This document shows positions 41,292 through 55,313 of a stretch of DNA of 64,000 bases, one piece after another (positions within the stretch are counted from its first letter, which is position 1; every line of letters starts with the position of its first letter). The stretch is taken from contig OX597820.1 in assembly GCA_951406725.2 (NCBI GenBank), positions 62,124,001-62,188,000 of the forward strand, given 5' to 3'. The position numbers and the translations under genes were made by a program. This DNA comes from Octopus vulgaris (taxonomy: Eukaryota). The notes beneath the pieces were generated by a model. That model searched no databases and had not been told where the DNA came from. It saw only the letters and a list, made by a program, of their open reading frames with translations.

Positions 41292-41388
41292 CGAGGGGTG
41301 TATGAAAATTCGTGAGCCTGAAAAAAAAAGAAAAAAAAGAAAAACATGATACAAGACTTCAAGGCTCAAGCTTTTCATAAACCCCTAG
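41292..41388. mobile_element. ~97-bp mariner-type MITE
   Basis: TIRs cgaggggtgtatgaaaattcgtgagcct / aggctcaagcttttcataaacccctag with TA on both sides. Confidence 0.75.
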
Positions 41389-41502
41389 TACACAAACATG
41401 CATACATGCATATTATATATACATGTTTGTATATATGCATATATGTATGTATGTGTGTATCTATCCACTTATATATATGTATAAATATGTATATGTATGT
41501 AT

Positions 41503-41562
<60 letters not shown>

Positions 41563-41683
41563 ATACATATATATATTGTATAAGATATGTTAGAGGTAAT
41601 ATAACCATCTACGGGATAAATGTATATATATATATATTTATACAGAGAGAGAGGTAGATAGATAGATAGATAGATTGCTAGCC

Positions 41684-41848
41684 ACTACACATTCTTTATT
41701 TTCTCTACTTGTTTCTTTCTGTGCTCCTTTCCGTGGAAGAGCGTAGGTTCGAAACGTTAAAGGCTTTTTCACTTCCCGAGCGTTATACTAATACATCTGT
41801 TTGTTGTCTACACCATTGACTTCGTCTTTTTTTGTGAATTTTCTCCCT
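41684..41848 (+). mobile_element. Solo Penelope-type terminal repeat with hammerhead-like motif
   Basis: cctttCCGTGGAAgagcgtaggttcGAAACGTTaaagg; same family as 29519-29683; followed by a TA-rich tract. Confidence 0.75.
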
Positions 41849-41854
41849 ATATAC

Positions 41855-41923
<69 letters not shown>

Positions 41924-42138
41924 GCCTATATGCATACATAGATGTCTTTATATCTTTGTTCACTCAATCTCATTCCCTCGACATTCATATTTGTATATAT
42001 GTGTATGTGTGTGTATTTCGATTAATTTTGTAGAAATAATAAGCTAAGTATAGTTTCAATACTCTAATGGATGTGTTAAAACAGGACATTCTTGTTATAT
42101 CGAGGCAAGAAAACGCACGCTAGAATGTGGAATTTTCA

Positions 42139-42420
42139 TTAGTATTCTACCCCCACATCATTTGTGTACATGGCAGTCTTGTTTGTCGAACCAGGAGGAA
42201 CACCTTCATTATATAACATGAAAAATTGGCGACGCATGTTTATAATTTCTCCACGGAGTCTTTCTAAGATATTTCCTTTCCTCCCAATTACTATTATATT
42301 TGTTACATCTGAACCTGTGACCTTACGGACCTCACAATCAAACATGCTTCAACCACCATTCGTATACCAAGATATAAAAACAGATTTAGTGCCCGTATAT
42401 TGTCGGTGATTTTATTGACC
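42139..42420 (-). pseudogene. Very decayed CR1-like RT fragment
   Basis: TDNIRALNL (NYRPISL-like), RRQ, EGVPPGS...YTNDV (GVPQGS..YIND-like). Confidence 0.3.
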
Positions 42421-42824
42421 TGCCCCTGAAAATAATGAGCAATGATACAAAGATGGTACTGTGTAGAGGAATTCCAGATACTTAGTCAGTTCTCACCGAT
42501 AAACCCATTCAACGTTTGTGTTGATGTGTTGGCCACAGGTAATGAATGAAATAAATACATTAACTAAGACAGACGACGTCCTGGGTGCCCACATTACCTT
42601 GAACATATTCAGAGGTTGTGGCGATGCCATTCAGCATTAAAACGAAGAAAATTCCTTTCGATTTATAGGCTTGATCTGACACAATTCATTCTCTATTCTT
42701 ATTTTAGAGTCACTGTGTGTGAAGGCCCTGTCTAAAGCAGTGTCTTAGATCAGTACTAAAAAGGTCTGCCAACAAGAAATTCAAAATTAACCAGTGGTTA
42801 GTCCACATTATTCTACAATGTGCA

Positions 42825-43215
42825 TAGGGCCGTTTTCCTGGGGTTTTTTTCTGGCGTATATATTCCTCCATGGACGGGATTCCAGTCCGTCACAGGATTA
42901 CTCCTTGTACCTGATGAGTGGACTGGAGTAACACTGCTCAAGAACACAACGAAATGCCCGGGTAAAGTTAAAGTTATCTTCTCGAGTCATTTCGAAATAT
43001 AAGGGCCGGCTTACCAGTTTCATGGCGTATATATTCAATGCTTGAACGGGACGCCGGTTCGTCGCAGTATTACTCATTTTTGCCAGCTGAGTGGGCTGGA
43101 GTAGCGTGAAATAAAGAGTTTTGCTTTAAGAACACAACGAATTGCCCTGAGCAGGAATCGAAAGACGATTTTACTCTGGTCCAACATCCTGACCAGTAAA
43201 ACAATGCGACTCCAC
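42825..43215 (-). mobile_element. Two degenerate tRNA-derived SINE copies sharing the family C tail
   Basis: Twice tggcgtatatattc...acggga..cc.gt.cgtc.cag...gagtgg.ctggagta...aagaacacaacg; the tail matches 44225-44280. Confidence 0.7.
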
Positions 43216-44181
43216 TAGTAGATTAACTAGTAGGAACTAGAAATTAACATCGTGATAGAGTGCACCATTACATTGCTTTATGTCGTTTGTATTCAATGGC
43301 TCAATTTGAATCAGTGACTAATAGGCAAGGATAAATATGGGTCGTTGGGGACGTTTAGAGGATAGTATTATCAACATGGCAGTTTTTAATATTCATATGG
43401 CCACACCAAATGTATGTGAAAACAATGAAACGAGTGCTAACAAGTTCCAATGACTAGGATTTGATTTCTAACCATACTCTACTAGAGTTGAGCTGTTTAG
43501 TACTACAGCAGAACGCCATTTCGAGTTAGCATCGAAGCTGAGGATTTGCAGTAAATCTATGATGTTAGGGTATTTGGAAGAATTCAGTGTTCGTGTTGCC
43601 CAGAAGAAGGTAACAGAGCATGAGAATCATTGTTGAGGAAGCAGTGGGTTCTACCCAAGTAAAACAGAGAGATGCATGGTGTGGTGCAGAACGGTGTGTG
43701 AATCTCTCTCTCTCTCTCCCACAGCCACACACGCACACAGACACACACACGTGCACGCACACAGACACACACACGTGCACGCACACATATGTGCATGTGT
43801 ATATACGTGCTTATAAGTATATAGACATATTTGTGTATATATGTATAATCTACATACATACATACATGCATGCATACATACACACATAATACACACACAT
43901 ATATATATATAGACATATATGCATGCATGCACACGCACACGCACGCACACGCATACACACACACAAACAAACAAACCAAAGTCCCACCTTAAGCCAAGAA
44001 ATATAAGGACACCACCTAAATTCCGCACTTAGGAACAGCGGTTTGGAAAAAATTAGTCGAACAGTAGAATGTTCGTCAAATTTTCAATATAACTCAAAAC
44101 GTGCTAAAGATGTGAACAGATTGATTTATTAAAGCATCAAACAATTGTCATAATTTTTGAAACTTCATAACCTTTAGAAAT

Positions 44182-44486
44182 TATGTTTTTATTTATGCGC
44201 CCTTTTCAAGCCTAGCCAGGCTCATGGGCCCGGTTTCCCGGTTTCAATGGCGTATATGTTCCTCTCAGCTGGACGGGATGCGTTACTCAAGAAACAGGAA
44301 GAAAGAGTGAGAGAAAGTTGTGGCGAAAGAGTACAAGAGGGGTCACCCCCCCCCCCTGCAGGAGCTTCGTGGAGCTTTTAGGTGTTTTCGCTCAATAAAC
44401 ACACACAATCCTCGGTCTGGGAATCGAAACCTCAATCCTCCGAGCGCGAGTCCGCTGCCCTAACCTCTGGGCCATTGCGTCTCCAC
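44182..44486 (-). mobile_element. Full-length SINE family C with 13-bp TSD
   Basis: tRNA head gtggagacgcaatggcccag...ggtttcgattccc on minus; aacctttagaaat at 44169-44181 and 44487-44499. Confidence 0.92.
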
Positions 44487-46245
44487 AACCTTTAGAAATA
44501 GGTAGTATATAAATCAGAATGAATAAACTTAATTTTTTACAGAATTTGGCATTGGGTAAAAGTTGCAATTCCTTTATTCTTTTATTCTTTTATTCCTTTT
44601 ATATGATTTCAGTCGTAGGATTATGGCTACGCTGGAGCATCGCCGTAACTTATTTTCTATCGGATTTGTTGTTGCATTATGGTAGGAAGTTGGACTATGA
44701 TTGAGTTTATTGCAGTTGATCTTCCCTGATTGTACCCTTAAATGCTTGACTAATTCAAATTCGTAATAAAGAGTTTATCCAATAAAGGGAAATTTGATAA
44801 GACAGTCAGTCGCCCGCTGACACTCGCTGACGCTACATCGAAGAGGCCAGGGAACAGAAGAAAGAAGACATGCACTCAGCACCAGAGCTGAAGACACCTC
44901 CGAAGAGGGGGGCACGTCAAAACGGTAGAGGAGTAGGGGCCCGAAACCGGGCGTGTTCCCTCCTGATGATGTCTTAAGTTAACTGGATCCTATAAAGGAG
45001 CTGTTGTGGTAGCAGACCACGAAACATGGTTGAAATTCCTCCTTAATATTTCAGTAGAGCTTCGTTTTATACTTCTGATTTCCGTTGGTAAGCAGCCGTA
45101 GGTAAGCTGCCGTAGGTAAGCTGAGGAACTTTAAATATCACTATAAACATTCACTCGGAGCTGTATGATCTCCGTCCACACCGTTTACTCAATCTCAGCC
45201 CACTTGTCTTTCCATCTCTAGTGAAACTTGTTGCGTTCAGGCACCTTAGCCCCACTCTCATCATTATGGTTAATCGTTTCCCCCTAGTAACTGCTTTCTG
45301 GTCATGTCTTTCCTCCCGGTGTTGACATGCAATGGTTTGAAAGGAGCATTCATGACATCAAACCACCCAATCAAAGAATACATGCAACTATTTGGCCAAG
45401 ACCCCTTCCTACACATTCAAGAAGTTAAAACAAATATATTCCATAACTTGTTTTAAAAAGTTAGCTAATAATGAATCACTTTATATTTCTATATAAATTT
45501 ATTTGGTTATAAAATTACTGGCCAAACTGAAAATAATTTTGTAAGCAGCTTCATTTTTCAAACAAAAAACAAGAACATTTGTTTTAATTTTAAAATTAAA
45601 ATAAATTTAAAATAAGTTTACTGCTCGTTTAATTTGGATGTAATTCATAAGAATTAGATCCAAAGTATGTCTATCTGGTGTCAACTAATATGTTTTATTT
45701 CCATTTGTATTTTGGGCAATATGCTTTCGTTGGTTTTACTTTCCACAGATATATTTTCCATTAATGTGTCAAATTTTTAATTATCACAATATATAGAGAC
45801 CAGTATCACAGCCGAGTATACACACACACACACACACAAGCGTACGTATATACAGGTGTATATAGATATACTGATATTTAACACACACACGTATACCTAT
45901 ATACATACTCTATACATGCACACACATGCACACATATATGCATATATTCGTATATATGGGCAACTGCTTTTCTTTTACAAATTTTCCATTAAATATTGTA
46001 TCTGAATTTTGTCATTTTGATTAGAAAATTTACGTATTTTCTGATGAGATTTTTACAGCTACTTTGAAGCACTAAAGTTCCTAAATTAATATTAAAGTTC
46101 CTAAATTAATGTATAACGCTGTAATACTCCAATATTCGTCTTTTACTTACAAACTTTTACTGATTACAGAAAACCTGTGGCAGACGAAATAGACACATAC
46201 AAACATACATACATACATACATACACACACGCATGCGTATATACA

Positions 46246-46600
46246 TTGTTGTTGGCATTCTTTTGTCTCGAGAGACAATGGAGTTGCGCATAAAATAATC
46301 CAGTCTAGTTTTTACATTTCATGTCCTCTCCAGTTTTGCGCAGGCCTGGGCTAGATGTAAGAAAATCCTGGGTAGCTTAATCGTCAGGGTTCCTCTCTCG
46401 ACCTTGCTGACGTAGTCCAAAGGAGTGAAGAGCATTACGTTTGGCACCAGCTCGGTTGCAGGAGCTGCCGGAAGAGTGTCAAGTCGAACACTAAACCGCC
46501 TAGGAGCCCCACTCCGGATTTCATTCAAGGTTGTCTCCTTTCCGTAACCCTCGATAGGGGCCCATACCGGGTACTGCCAGCCGGGGACAGCTGAGCCCGG
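46246..46600 (-). mobile_element. Non-autonomous bipartite RTE derivative (5' UTR joined to 3' tail)
   Basis: tttggcaccagctcggttgcaggagctgccggaag resembles the RTE/BovB 5' UTR; ttgttgttggc..tgtctcgagagacaatggag resembles the RTE 3' hairpin with (CAA)n tail. Confidence 0.6.
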
Positions 46601-46830
46601 GACTCGTGTCAGGCATGATCGTCACTTCCTGAAGCAGTGAATAAAATCGCTACCCACTACCTACATATACATATATACATAAATATACATATACATCGAT
46701 CAGATTCTGATCAAATCATCCGTGTGTTGACATGTACCTCCTTACGACAATGCAAACTTCATTTAATCAAGAATAATCTGCCTGACTATAACAAATAAAA
46801 ACAAATTAGTATTGTGTGTGTGTGCCTGTG

Positions 46831-47202
<372 letters not shown>

Positions 47203-47605
47203 CTGTTTCAACACACGACTTCACATAAAAAATCTTGCACAACAAATATTTAAACGTACATATATATATATGTGCCTATATATATATATATTTGTATATA
47301 TAGATGTGTGTGTGTATATATATATATATGTATACACACATATATATAAACACACATGTATATATGTATATATAGTATATGTTATCTGGGAGATTCCCTT
47401 ATGGTACAGAAATAGCTAAGTATTTGGCTGCTATTTCAAAATTTTCAATATGTGTTGAAGCAAATTTTTCTGAAAGCACTAGTTCAATCAGAATAAACAT
47501 TTAACATTCTATTATTTTATTTTATTTTATTATATTATATTATCTTATATCATTATAAGTTTGTAAATAAAACGTGAAAATCAGACAATGCTGGAATTCC
47601 TTTTA

Positions 47606-47642
<37 letters not shown>

Positions 47643-47644
<2 letters not shown>

Positions 47645-47888
47645 GAGAAAGAAGCAACAAGAATGGATTAGTTTTTAGTACAATTGTTTCATACAAAGAC
47701 AGGCTTTATTAAAAGTTGCAAATATTGCAGCAGATAAAAGTGTCCCGTACTCATCAGCTAAAACACATATGAGTTCTCCAAACATCTGTCTCCAAACAGT
47801 TGCAATATTTGCAACTTTTAATAAAGCCTGTCTTTGTATAAAACAATTGTACTAAAAACTAATCCATTCTTGTTGCTTCTTTCTCGTT
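47643..47888. mobile_element. Fold-back element with ~86-bp inverted arms
   Basis: acgagaaagaagc...aatattgca mirrored by tgcaatatt...gcttctttctcgt, one mismatch noticed. Confidence 0.88.
47671..47766 (-). ncRNA. Type I hammerhead ribozyme with canonical core
   Basis: ttttag-CTGATGA-gtacgggac...gtctttgtat-GAAAC-aatt-GTA-ctaaaa: intact CUGAUGA/GAAA/GUA, 6-bp stem I, palindromic ACAATTGT stem III. Confidence 0.8.
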
Positions 47889-48019
47889 TATAATCACCCC
47901 ACATTACTGTATGGTTAACACCATATAGTTTTCTGGTGCATCTAAGTTAAGCACCGCATTCAAGTGAATTCATTAGAATTGACTTGAATCTTAATTGCTT
48001 TTATATATATATATATACA

Positions 48020-48071
<52 letters not shown>

Positions 48072-48142
48072 CATATAATATATATATATATATATACATA
48101 CATACATATAGTATATATATATATTAAATATATAAATATACG

Positions 48143-48173
<31 letters not shown>

Positions 48174-48267
48174 CAAATAATATTTTAATAATAAAGGTTA
48201 GGACAATAATAATTTTATATATATATATAAATCTTTATATTTATTATCTACCTACCTATCTTTCTAT

Positions 48268-48388
<121 letters not shown>

Positions 48389-48524
48389 AAGGTTACTGAA
48401 AATTACCTGGCTGTTAGGGTATCGTGAAAAACCTAGTTGGAGGTCCAACCTTCCGGGTTCTTTTACAGGGATTAGGAAAACTGAAGGACCGTTGCAATAT
48501 GTATGTGAATTTGAGAGGGGAATA

Positions 48525-50011
48525 TCTCTTATTATAAAAGGCAGATTTTATCTACCTCCCTTTGGGAGTTATACAAATCTACAATATAGGATTTCTTCAA
48601 TTACAATTTACCTAGCAATTTTAAGAGTACAATGCATCGCGTCATGCCAGGTCCAGTTTTTAAAATTTAAACTCCAATTAAGCAAAATTTACAGAAAACT
48701 CACATTCTGGTGTGTGTGTCAAATGCTTTTCTTAGTCTGGTTTACACCACACACAAACGCACACACACACAAAGGGAGCGAATTGTTTCACTGACGCTAT
48801 CACCCTTCTCCTCCTTTGTCTTTGCAAGTTTGCAGCTATTAAAGTGAAAACAGTGAATCCGACAGCGATAAAGAAAACGAATTGGTACCTGAATGGAGTG
48901 AAAATTTAAAAACTGTTTCTTTCGGTGAGTTTTCTGAAGAAACTGGACCAAGCCACAGACTTTCCCAGAAGAGTAAAGCCTTAGACTATTTCTATTTACT
49001 TTTTCGAATGAGCCTATTTGAAATCATTACGCTAAACGTAAACAAACCGAAAGAAAGGATAGTTTGTTATTTCCCACAACCTTAAATGAAATTAAGGCCT
49101 ATTTTGCCATAAATATTATTATGGGTTTCAGAAAGTTACCCAGAATAACAAATTCTATCGTAAAATTTTGTTGTATACCCAATTGAATATTAGCTAATAA
49201 CCCATTTTCTATAGCGATGTTTGAACAAAATTTTAATAATTTTACAGAAAGTTACCCAGAATAACAAATTCTATCGTAAAATTTTGTTGTATACCCAATT
49301 GAATATTAGCTAATAACCCATTTTCTATAGCGATGTTTGAACAAAATTTTAATAATTTTACAGAAAGTTACCCAGAATAACAAATTCTATCGTAAAATTT
49401 TGTTGTATACTAAATTGAATATTAGCTAATAACCCATTTTCTATAGCGATGTTTGAACAAAATTTTAATAATTTTACAGAAAGTTACCCAGAATAACAAA
49501 TTCTATCGTAAAATTTTGTTGTATACCAAATTGAATATTAGCTAATAACCCATTTTCTATAGCGATGTTTGAACAAAATTTTAATAATTTTACAGAAAGT
49601 TACCCAGAATAACAAATTCTATCGTAAAATTTTGTTGTCTACCCAATTGAATATTAGCTAATAACCCATTTTCTATAGCGATGTTTGAACAAAATTTTAA
49701 TAATTTTACAGAAAGTTACCCAGAATAACAAACGAGCCCTTCTGGGTATTAGCGCGCGTCTACGATGAGTCTACGATTTAAAAAAAAATTACCACCATAT
49801 TTTTCCATTTTAATGCATTTTTTTCGCTTTTATATAAGGGAAGTAACTCTCTAAAAATATCTACGATGTGTCAACGATTTAAAGAAAAATTTACCTTAAT
49901 TTTTTTTCAATTTTTAATGCATTTTTTTGCTACTTTTTGGCTATAACTCTCTAAAAATGCTTATATAGTTATTTCCCTTACAATCCGAGCAACGCCGGGC
50001 GATACTGCTAG
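48525..50011 (+). mobile_element. Non-autonomous Helitron carrying an internal tandem array
   Basis: 5' TC, 3' hairpin ccgagcaacgccggg then CTAG, inserted between A and T with no TSD; 3' end shared with the 60265 and 60753 copies. Confidence 0.9.
49129..49732 (+). repeat. 116-bp tandem repeat, 5.2 near-identical copies
   Basis: Unit starts cagaaagttacccagaataacaaa at 49129, 49245, 49361, 49477, 49593 and 49709. Confidence 0.97.
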
Positions 50012-50103
50012 TGTTGAATAAAATCATAATTAAGACCATTTTCTTCTACCAAAGCCAAGAACTTAAAAAGCGGAGATTTTGGCCAACTCACTCTCTCTCT
50101 CTT

Positions 50104-50156
<53 letters not shown>

Positions 50157-50254
50157 TTTCTCTCTCTCTCTCTCTTTCTCTCTCTCTCCATCCATCCATC
50201 CATCCATCACACACTCTCTCTCTTTCTCTCCCCCTCTATCTCTATCTATCTATA

Positions 50255-50342
50255 CATGAGAGTTACTGAAAATTACCTGACTGTGTAATGTCTAGATGGA
50301 ACCCCACTCTTCCGTGATTTTTTTTAAAGGGCTTCGAAAAAA

Positions 50343-50346
<4 letters not shown>
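50255..50346 (+). mobile_element. Second, truncated copy of the mariner MITE left end
   Basis: gttactgaaaattacctg...cttccg...agggcttcgaaaaaactg parallels 48390-48485. Confidence 0.6.
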
Positions 50347-50400
<54 letters not shown>

Positions 50401-50907
50401 ATATATACATATATATATACGCACATATACACACGTGTGGTTATTTATCGTTTTTTCAACATCTATAAAAGGTGATACGCAATAATGATCTGAATTAACT
50501 GAGAATTCTGGAGACACTTAGACCCATCACCAAGGAGATTTAGTGCGACGCTGCATGCTCCGATGTTGATTTCATGAATATCATACGCTGTCCTTGCAGT
50601 GATTTTAAACATAGTCTTTGCCGATGTATTTTCACTCAAAAGCTGGTGTCTACCTAACATAATAGTAAAAAAGAACTGCCGAAGGTGAACTGGGATGAAA
50701 ACCAATGCCACATGAGGTGAAGAGTACTAGAAATAGGCTTCTTTACTTCTAATGTTTTTCTTTATTTTATTTTCTCTTCCTTTGAAAATTATATTATTTC
50801 CTTCTTTTGACTCTCTTTGAATTCATGTTTTTAACTTTCATGTTGTATGAAATATAAATGTTATACTCTTATATACATATTGTGTTCATTTGCTATCTAT
50901 CAGTCAC

Positions 50908-51215
<308 letters not shown>

Positions 51216-51799
51216 TCGGTTTGAATGGATATATATATATATATGACTGTGTATATGTATGTATATATGTATGTATGTATGTATGCATGTATGTATGCAT
51301 GTATATATTATGTATGGGTGTTTGTGTATGTATGTATGCATGTATGTAATCAAATGTCTAAGTATTTCACCTGATCAGAGTGTCAGCGCATCACCTGGCA
51401 GCAGTAAATGCAAAGGGATTCTCAAAACCACATTAGAACTACCTTTCTCTCTTTATCTATCAATCCACCTATTTATATATGTGTGTGCGTGTGTATGTGT
51501 GTGTGTGTGTGTGTGTGTTTGTGTGTGTGTGTGAGTGCGTGTGTGTGGGTGAGTGTGTGAGTGCGTGTGTGTGTACGCTACTTACTCAACATAAAACGTT
51601 GAACTATGCTGCAAAGAAAGAGAAGGTGAAGTTTCCAGAAAGACAGAAATAAGGAAATTTTCCAAAAGATCAACAGGAAAAACGACAGAAATGAAACAAA
51701 GTAAATATAGGAAGAAGAATGAAAGAGAAAATAAAGCTGGAAGGAATAAGGATCTAACGAAGAAAATAGAAAGAATAAATGAAAGAAAGTATGCAGAAT

Positions 51800-51890
51800 G
51801 TAGCAGTAGTAGTAGTAGTGGTGGTGGTGGTGGTAGTAATAGTAGTAATAGTAGTAGTGGTAGCAGAAGCAGCAGTAGCAGTAGTAATGT

Positions 51891-51926
<36 letters not shown>

Positions 51927-52149
51927 AAAAAAGAAGAGAAGGAAAAAAGGTGAAGAGGGTAGAAGTGGAAGAAAAGAAGAAATAGAAAATGAAGAATTAG
52001 TAGTAGAAATAGAAAAGACGAAGGAGGAGGAATAGAAAATGAAGAAGAAAAGACGAAGAGGAGGAGGGTATGAGGAGTAGGAGGAGAAGAAGAAAAAGAA
52101 TGATAATAATAAGAAAGTAATAATAATAATAATGATAATAATAATGATG

Positions 52150-52216
<67 letters not shown>

Positions 52217-52217
52217 G
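51800..52217. repeat. Compound (AGT)n / GA-rich / (TAA)n low-complexity tract
   Basis: Direct reading; explains the poly-S/V/L/Y ORFs. Confidence 0.9.
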
Positions 52218-52463
52218 ATTGTCTTAACTGGTACATCACACGTATTGAGAAGAGCATTGTCGATGTGAGAACTGTTGCTGCTCATGTATTTTAATTTAAC
52301 TTTAAAAAAAAAAAAAAAAAAAAAATTAACGAACTACTGAGTTTGGTTTAATGGCCTACCAATATACACTATGAGTTTCTTTGCCCTAGGAGTCGGGAAG
52401 ACACTCGGCAAGAAATGGAAGAAAATTTGAAAGAACAAAAAAAAAGTAATAATGATAATAATG

Positions 52464-52530
<67 letters not shown>

Positions 52531-52678
52531 GAAGAAGAAGAATGCTAATACATGATTTGCTCGCAGAAAATATAAAAGCGTAGGAACTCGAAGGTGAAAA
52601 TAGGAATATAATCACCAGGGAAAACGAATAAAATGCTAAGACAACCACGGTGGAATTTGCATGAAATATAACGTAATA

Positions 52679-53203
52679 TAGGGATAGGGAAACTGTTTAG
52701 TGCGGCGGGCAAATATTTCCTAAGAAAAAGGTCCTCGGGCGGATCACAAGTTCTAACTCATATCTGTGTACAATTTGTATATATCTTTGCATAATTCGAT
52801 ATACATCAATGAAGATAAGTTTAACACATTAAATTAACGCGTAAAATTTCCATTTACGCCGCCACTGAATTTAGGACGTTTATATTACTTGTGAGATATT
52901 CTACATTTTTCAGCTTAGTTGGGTCTCAATGGAGTGGTACAAACCTAGTAATACATATTTCATAGTGAACACAAAATTTCCATTCAAATGGTAATTATCG
53001 GACGATTTCTGTACGTGTCTGACCATTTTATGTCGTAGTGGAAACGCGACCTATGTCGCAAATGGACATACACATATTGTCTAAATTTTACGATAGAAAA
53101 TTCACTATAGTTTGTACATATGAATATATCAGCCTGCGGATACAATAAAATGGGTTCACGGGCGTAATCACGCCCGCAGGCGGCGGGGGTTTCCCCATTC
53201 CTG
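52679..53203. mobile_element. Old hAT-family MITE with 8-bp TSD
   Basis: TIRs tagggatagggaaac / gtttccccattcctg, GC-rich gcggcgggc / gcccgc subterminal motifs, TSD acgtaata / acataata. Confidence 0.75.
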
Positions 53204-53235
53204 ACATAATATATCAAATGTAAATGTACAGTAAC

Positions 53236-53331
53236 TTGCGCAGCTGTGTTGTAAGAAGCTTGCTTCTCAACCAGGGCCGACCAAAGCCTTGTGAGTGGAT
53301 TTGGTGGACGGAAACTGAAAGAAGCTCGTCG

Positions 53332-53335
<4 letters not shown>
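53236..53335 (+). mobile_element. Internally deleted SINE family A 5' part
   Basis: gctgtgttgtaagaagcttgc...gggccgaccaaagccttgtgagtggatttggtggacggaaactgaaagaagc. Confidence 0.8.
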
Positions 53336-53368
<33 letters not shown>

Positions 53369-53371
53369 GTA

Positions 53372-53609
53372 TTATGTCATCCCATGAATAATGCGGTTTT
53401 TTAATGCATGAACTAAAAGTCGGAGGGTGACGAGATAAACTACCTGCATCAGCTTGCTATAAATGCCGATAGTAATTTTACCTTGCACTTATTCTTACTG
53501 CAAGTTTTGAAGAGTGCAGGTTGATTTTAACAGTTATTTTTTCAAAGTTATAGTGAAAGAGACAAAGGAGCATACTCGGCATATTTTGCTTTATGAGTTC
53601 AATAAAGGG

Positions 53610-53610
<1 letters not shown>
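53372..53610 (+). mobile_element. mariner 5' end with transposase N-terminus
   Basis: TKEHTRHILLYEFNKG is a typical mariner N-terminal motif; preceded by TIR-like gtcatcccatgaataatgcgg. Confidence 0.75.
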
Positions 53611-53651
<41 letters not shown>

Positions 53652-53655
<4 letters not shown>

Positions 53656-54120
53656 ATGGAACAAAAACGCAATAGAGGACATTAAAACATTAGAACAGAT
53701 AGACAATACAAAGGCGGACAAGAGAAACAAAAATAAGAAGGACAGGCAAAAAAAGACGGGTCATTTGTGGCTTTCTTTCCTCAGTCAAGTTCCAGAAGTC
53801 ACGACCAATTCGGGCAGTAACATTTGACATGGTTCGATCTGGCTGCCCCATAAAAAGCCGAAACTTAGAGCATTAAACTCCTTTGTAAGAAAGGTAGCGA
53901 ATGTGTACAGCAAAAAAGACAAAAAAAAAACCAAACAAACAAAAAAATGGAGAACATGGTACACAATTACGATTACAAGAACAAGAAATAACAACAGGTG
54001 TCTTTCGACTAAGAACGAATAAAATTGAGCTGACGTGTATGAAGTAAAGCCTAAAGGCAGAAACATAGGTGATGGACATAAGAGGTGTTGGCTGTCGGCA
54101 GTCAGGCCAAGAAAGACGGA
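53652..54120 (-). mobile_element. Probable Penelope-type terminal region abutting (TA)n
   Basis: T-rich minus-strand tail running into (TA)n, with CTGAGGAAAG and GTCGAAAG hammerhead-like remnants. Confidence 0.4.
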
Positions 54121-54456
54121 GGAGAGATGGGTAGGGGGCAGCGGGATTGAAGGATTAGAAAAAGATCAGAGACAAAGAGAAAGGTAGAGAGGAGATAAAC
54201 GAGTGGAAAATAGTGCGAGTGAGTTAAAGAAAGAGAGGGTCAAGAAATGTGAGAGAGGGAGAGCGAGAAAAAGGAAGAAAAATTTGAGGGGGAATGACAG
54301 ACAGAGTAAGAGTCGTACAAAATTTAGATACATATCTAATATAAAGTGAGCAGAAGGGTCTACGCACGCTGCTATTTCGGACAGTTACACACACATGTGT
54401 ATGTATATGTATATATATGTATATATGTATTTATGTATGTGTATATGAAGACGCAC

Positions 54457-54516
<60 letters not shown>

Positions 54517-55159
54517 GATAAATGTATGAGTGAAAGAACTGGATTAATGAGTGATTTCGAGCAAGAAAAGAAGGGGAAAGTAAATAGTGAACAAAGAAGG
54601 AAAAAGGGAAAAGAGTTGAAGGGAGAGGGAGTCGAAAGAGAGAAAGAGGAAAACTGTTAGAATAGAGAGGAAAGAAGAAAGAGAAAAATGAAAGCAAGAT
54701 GTATAGAATGGAAGAATAGGGACGGAGACAAAAAAAGAGGAAATGGGAGTGTTTATTGAATAAGAGAAGGAAAAATAGAAAGAAAATAAAGGGAGGTAAG
54801 ACGGAGAGAAAGAAGAAAATAAAAATAAAATTAAAAGGATAAAAGTAGTGTAAAAAGTATGAAAAATTTGAAAGACAAGGAAAATAAGATGAAGGAGACA
54901 AAGAGCGATGAGCAGGAAATAAGCAGTGCGGTTTATTCTCAGTAAATAAATAATGAATAAACAAATACATAAATAAACAAACAAAAATATAAATAAATCT
55001 TAAGAGGGAAAAATATGAAAACTTTTTGTTTTTAATTTTAAAAAGCAAACGATGAAATAATGACGCCTTTGAGTGTGCGTGTATATATATATATATATAT
55101 ATATATGCTGTTTGAAGTGGTATACAGTGGGCGTATATAGAGAAAAAGGCGGCAATCAG

Positions 55160-55313
55160 AATTTTAGATGATTCTTTATTAGCGCTTTCCGTCGTTTAAT
55201 AGAAATCTTCATGGCAAAAGTAAAAGTAAAATGATGATAATTTTGGTTTTACGTTTTGTCTTGAAGCGTTCGATTAAACGAACGATAGCGCTAATAAAGC
55301 ATTACCCAAAATT
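55160..55313. mobile_element. Diverged fold-back of two hammerhead-like terminal repeats
   Basis: ctttattagcgct...tcgtttaat mirrored by attaaacga...agcgctaataaag; the arms combine to TGAAGA-GTTCG(attaaa)CGAAC-GAAAGCGCTA-ATAAA. Confidence 0.7.

Noticed and set aside
44885-45032. CTGAAGA and CTGATGA...CGAAAC motifs as hammerheads
   Set aside because: No convincing stem I and no (TA)n or PLE context
49129-49732. Regular array as a possible CRISPR
   Set aside because: Units are contiguous and near-identical with no unique spacers, lie inside a Helitron, and there are no cas genes
51691-52035. Ser/Gly/Lys/Glu-rich ORF as a host exon
   Set aside because: Made of AGT/GGT and GA-rich simple repeats, with no domain or splice evidence
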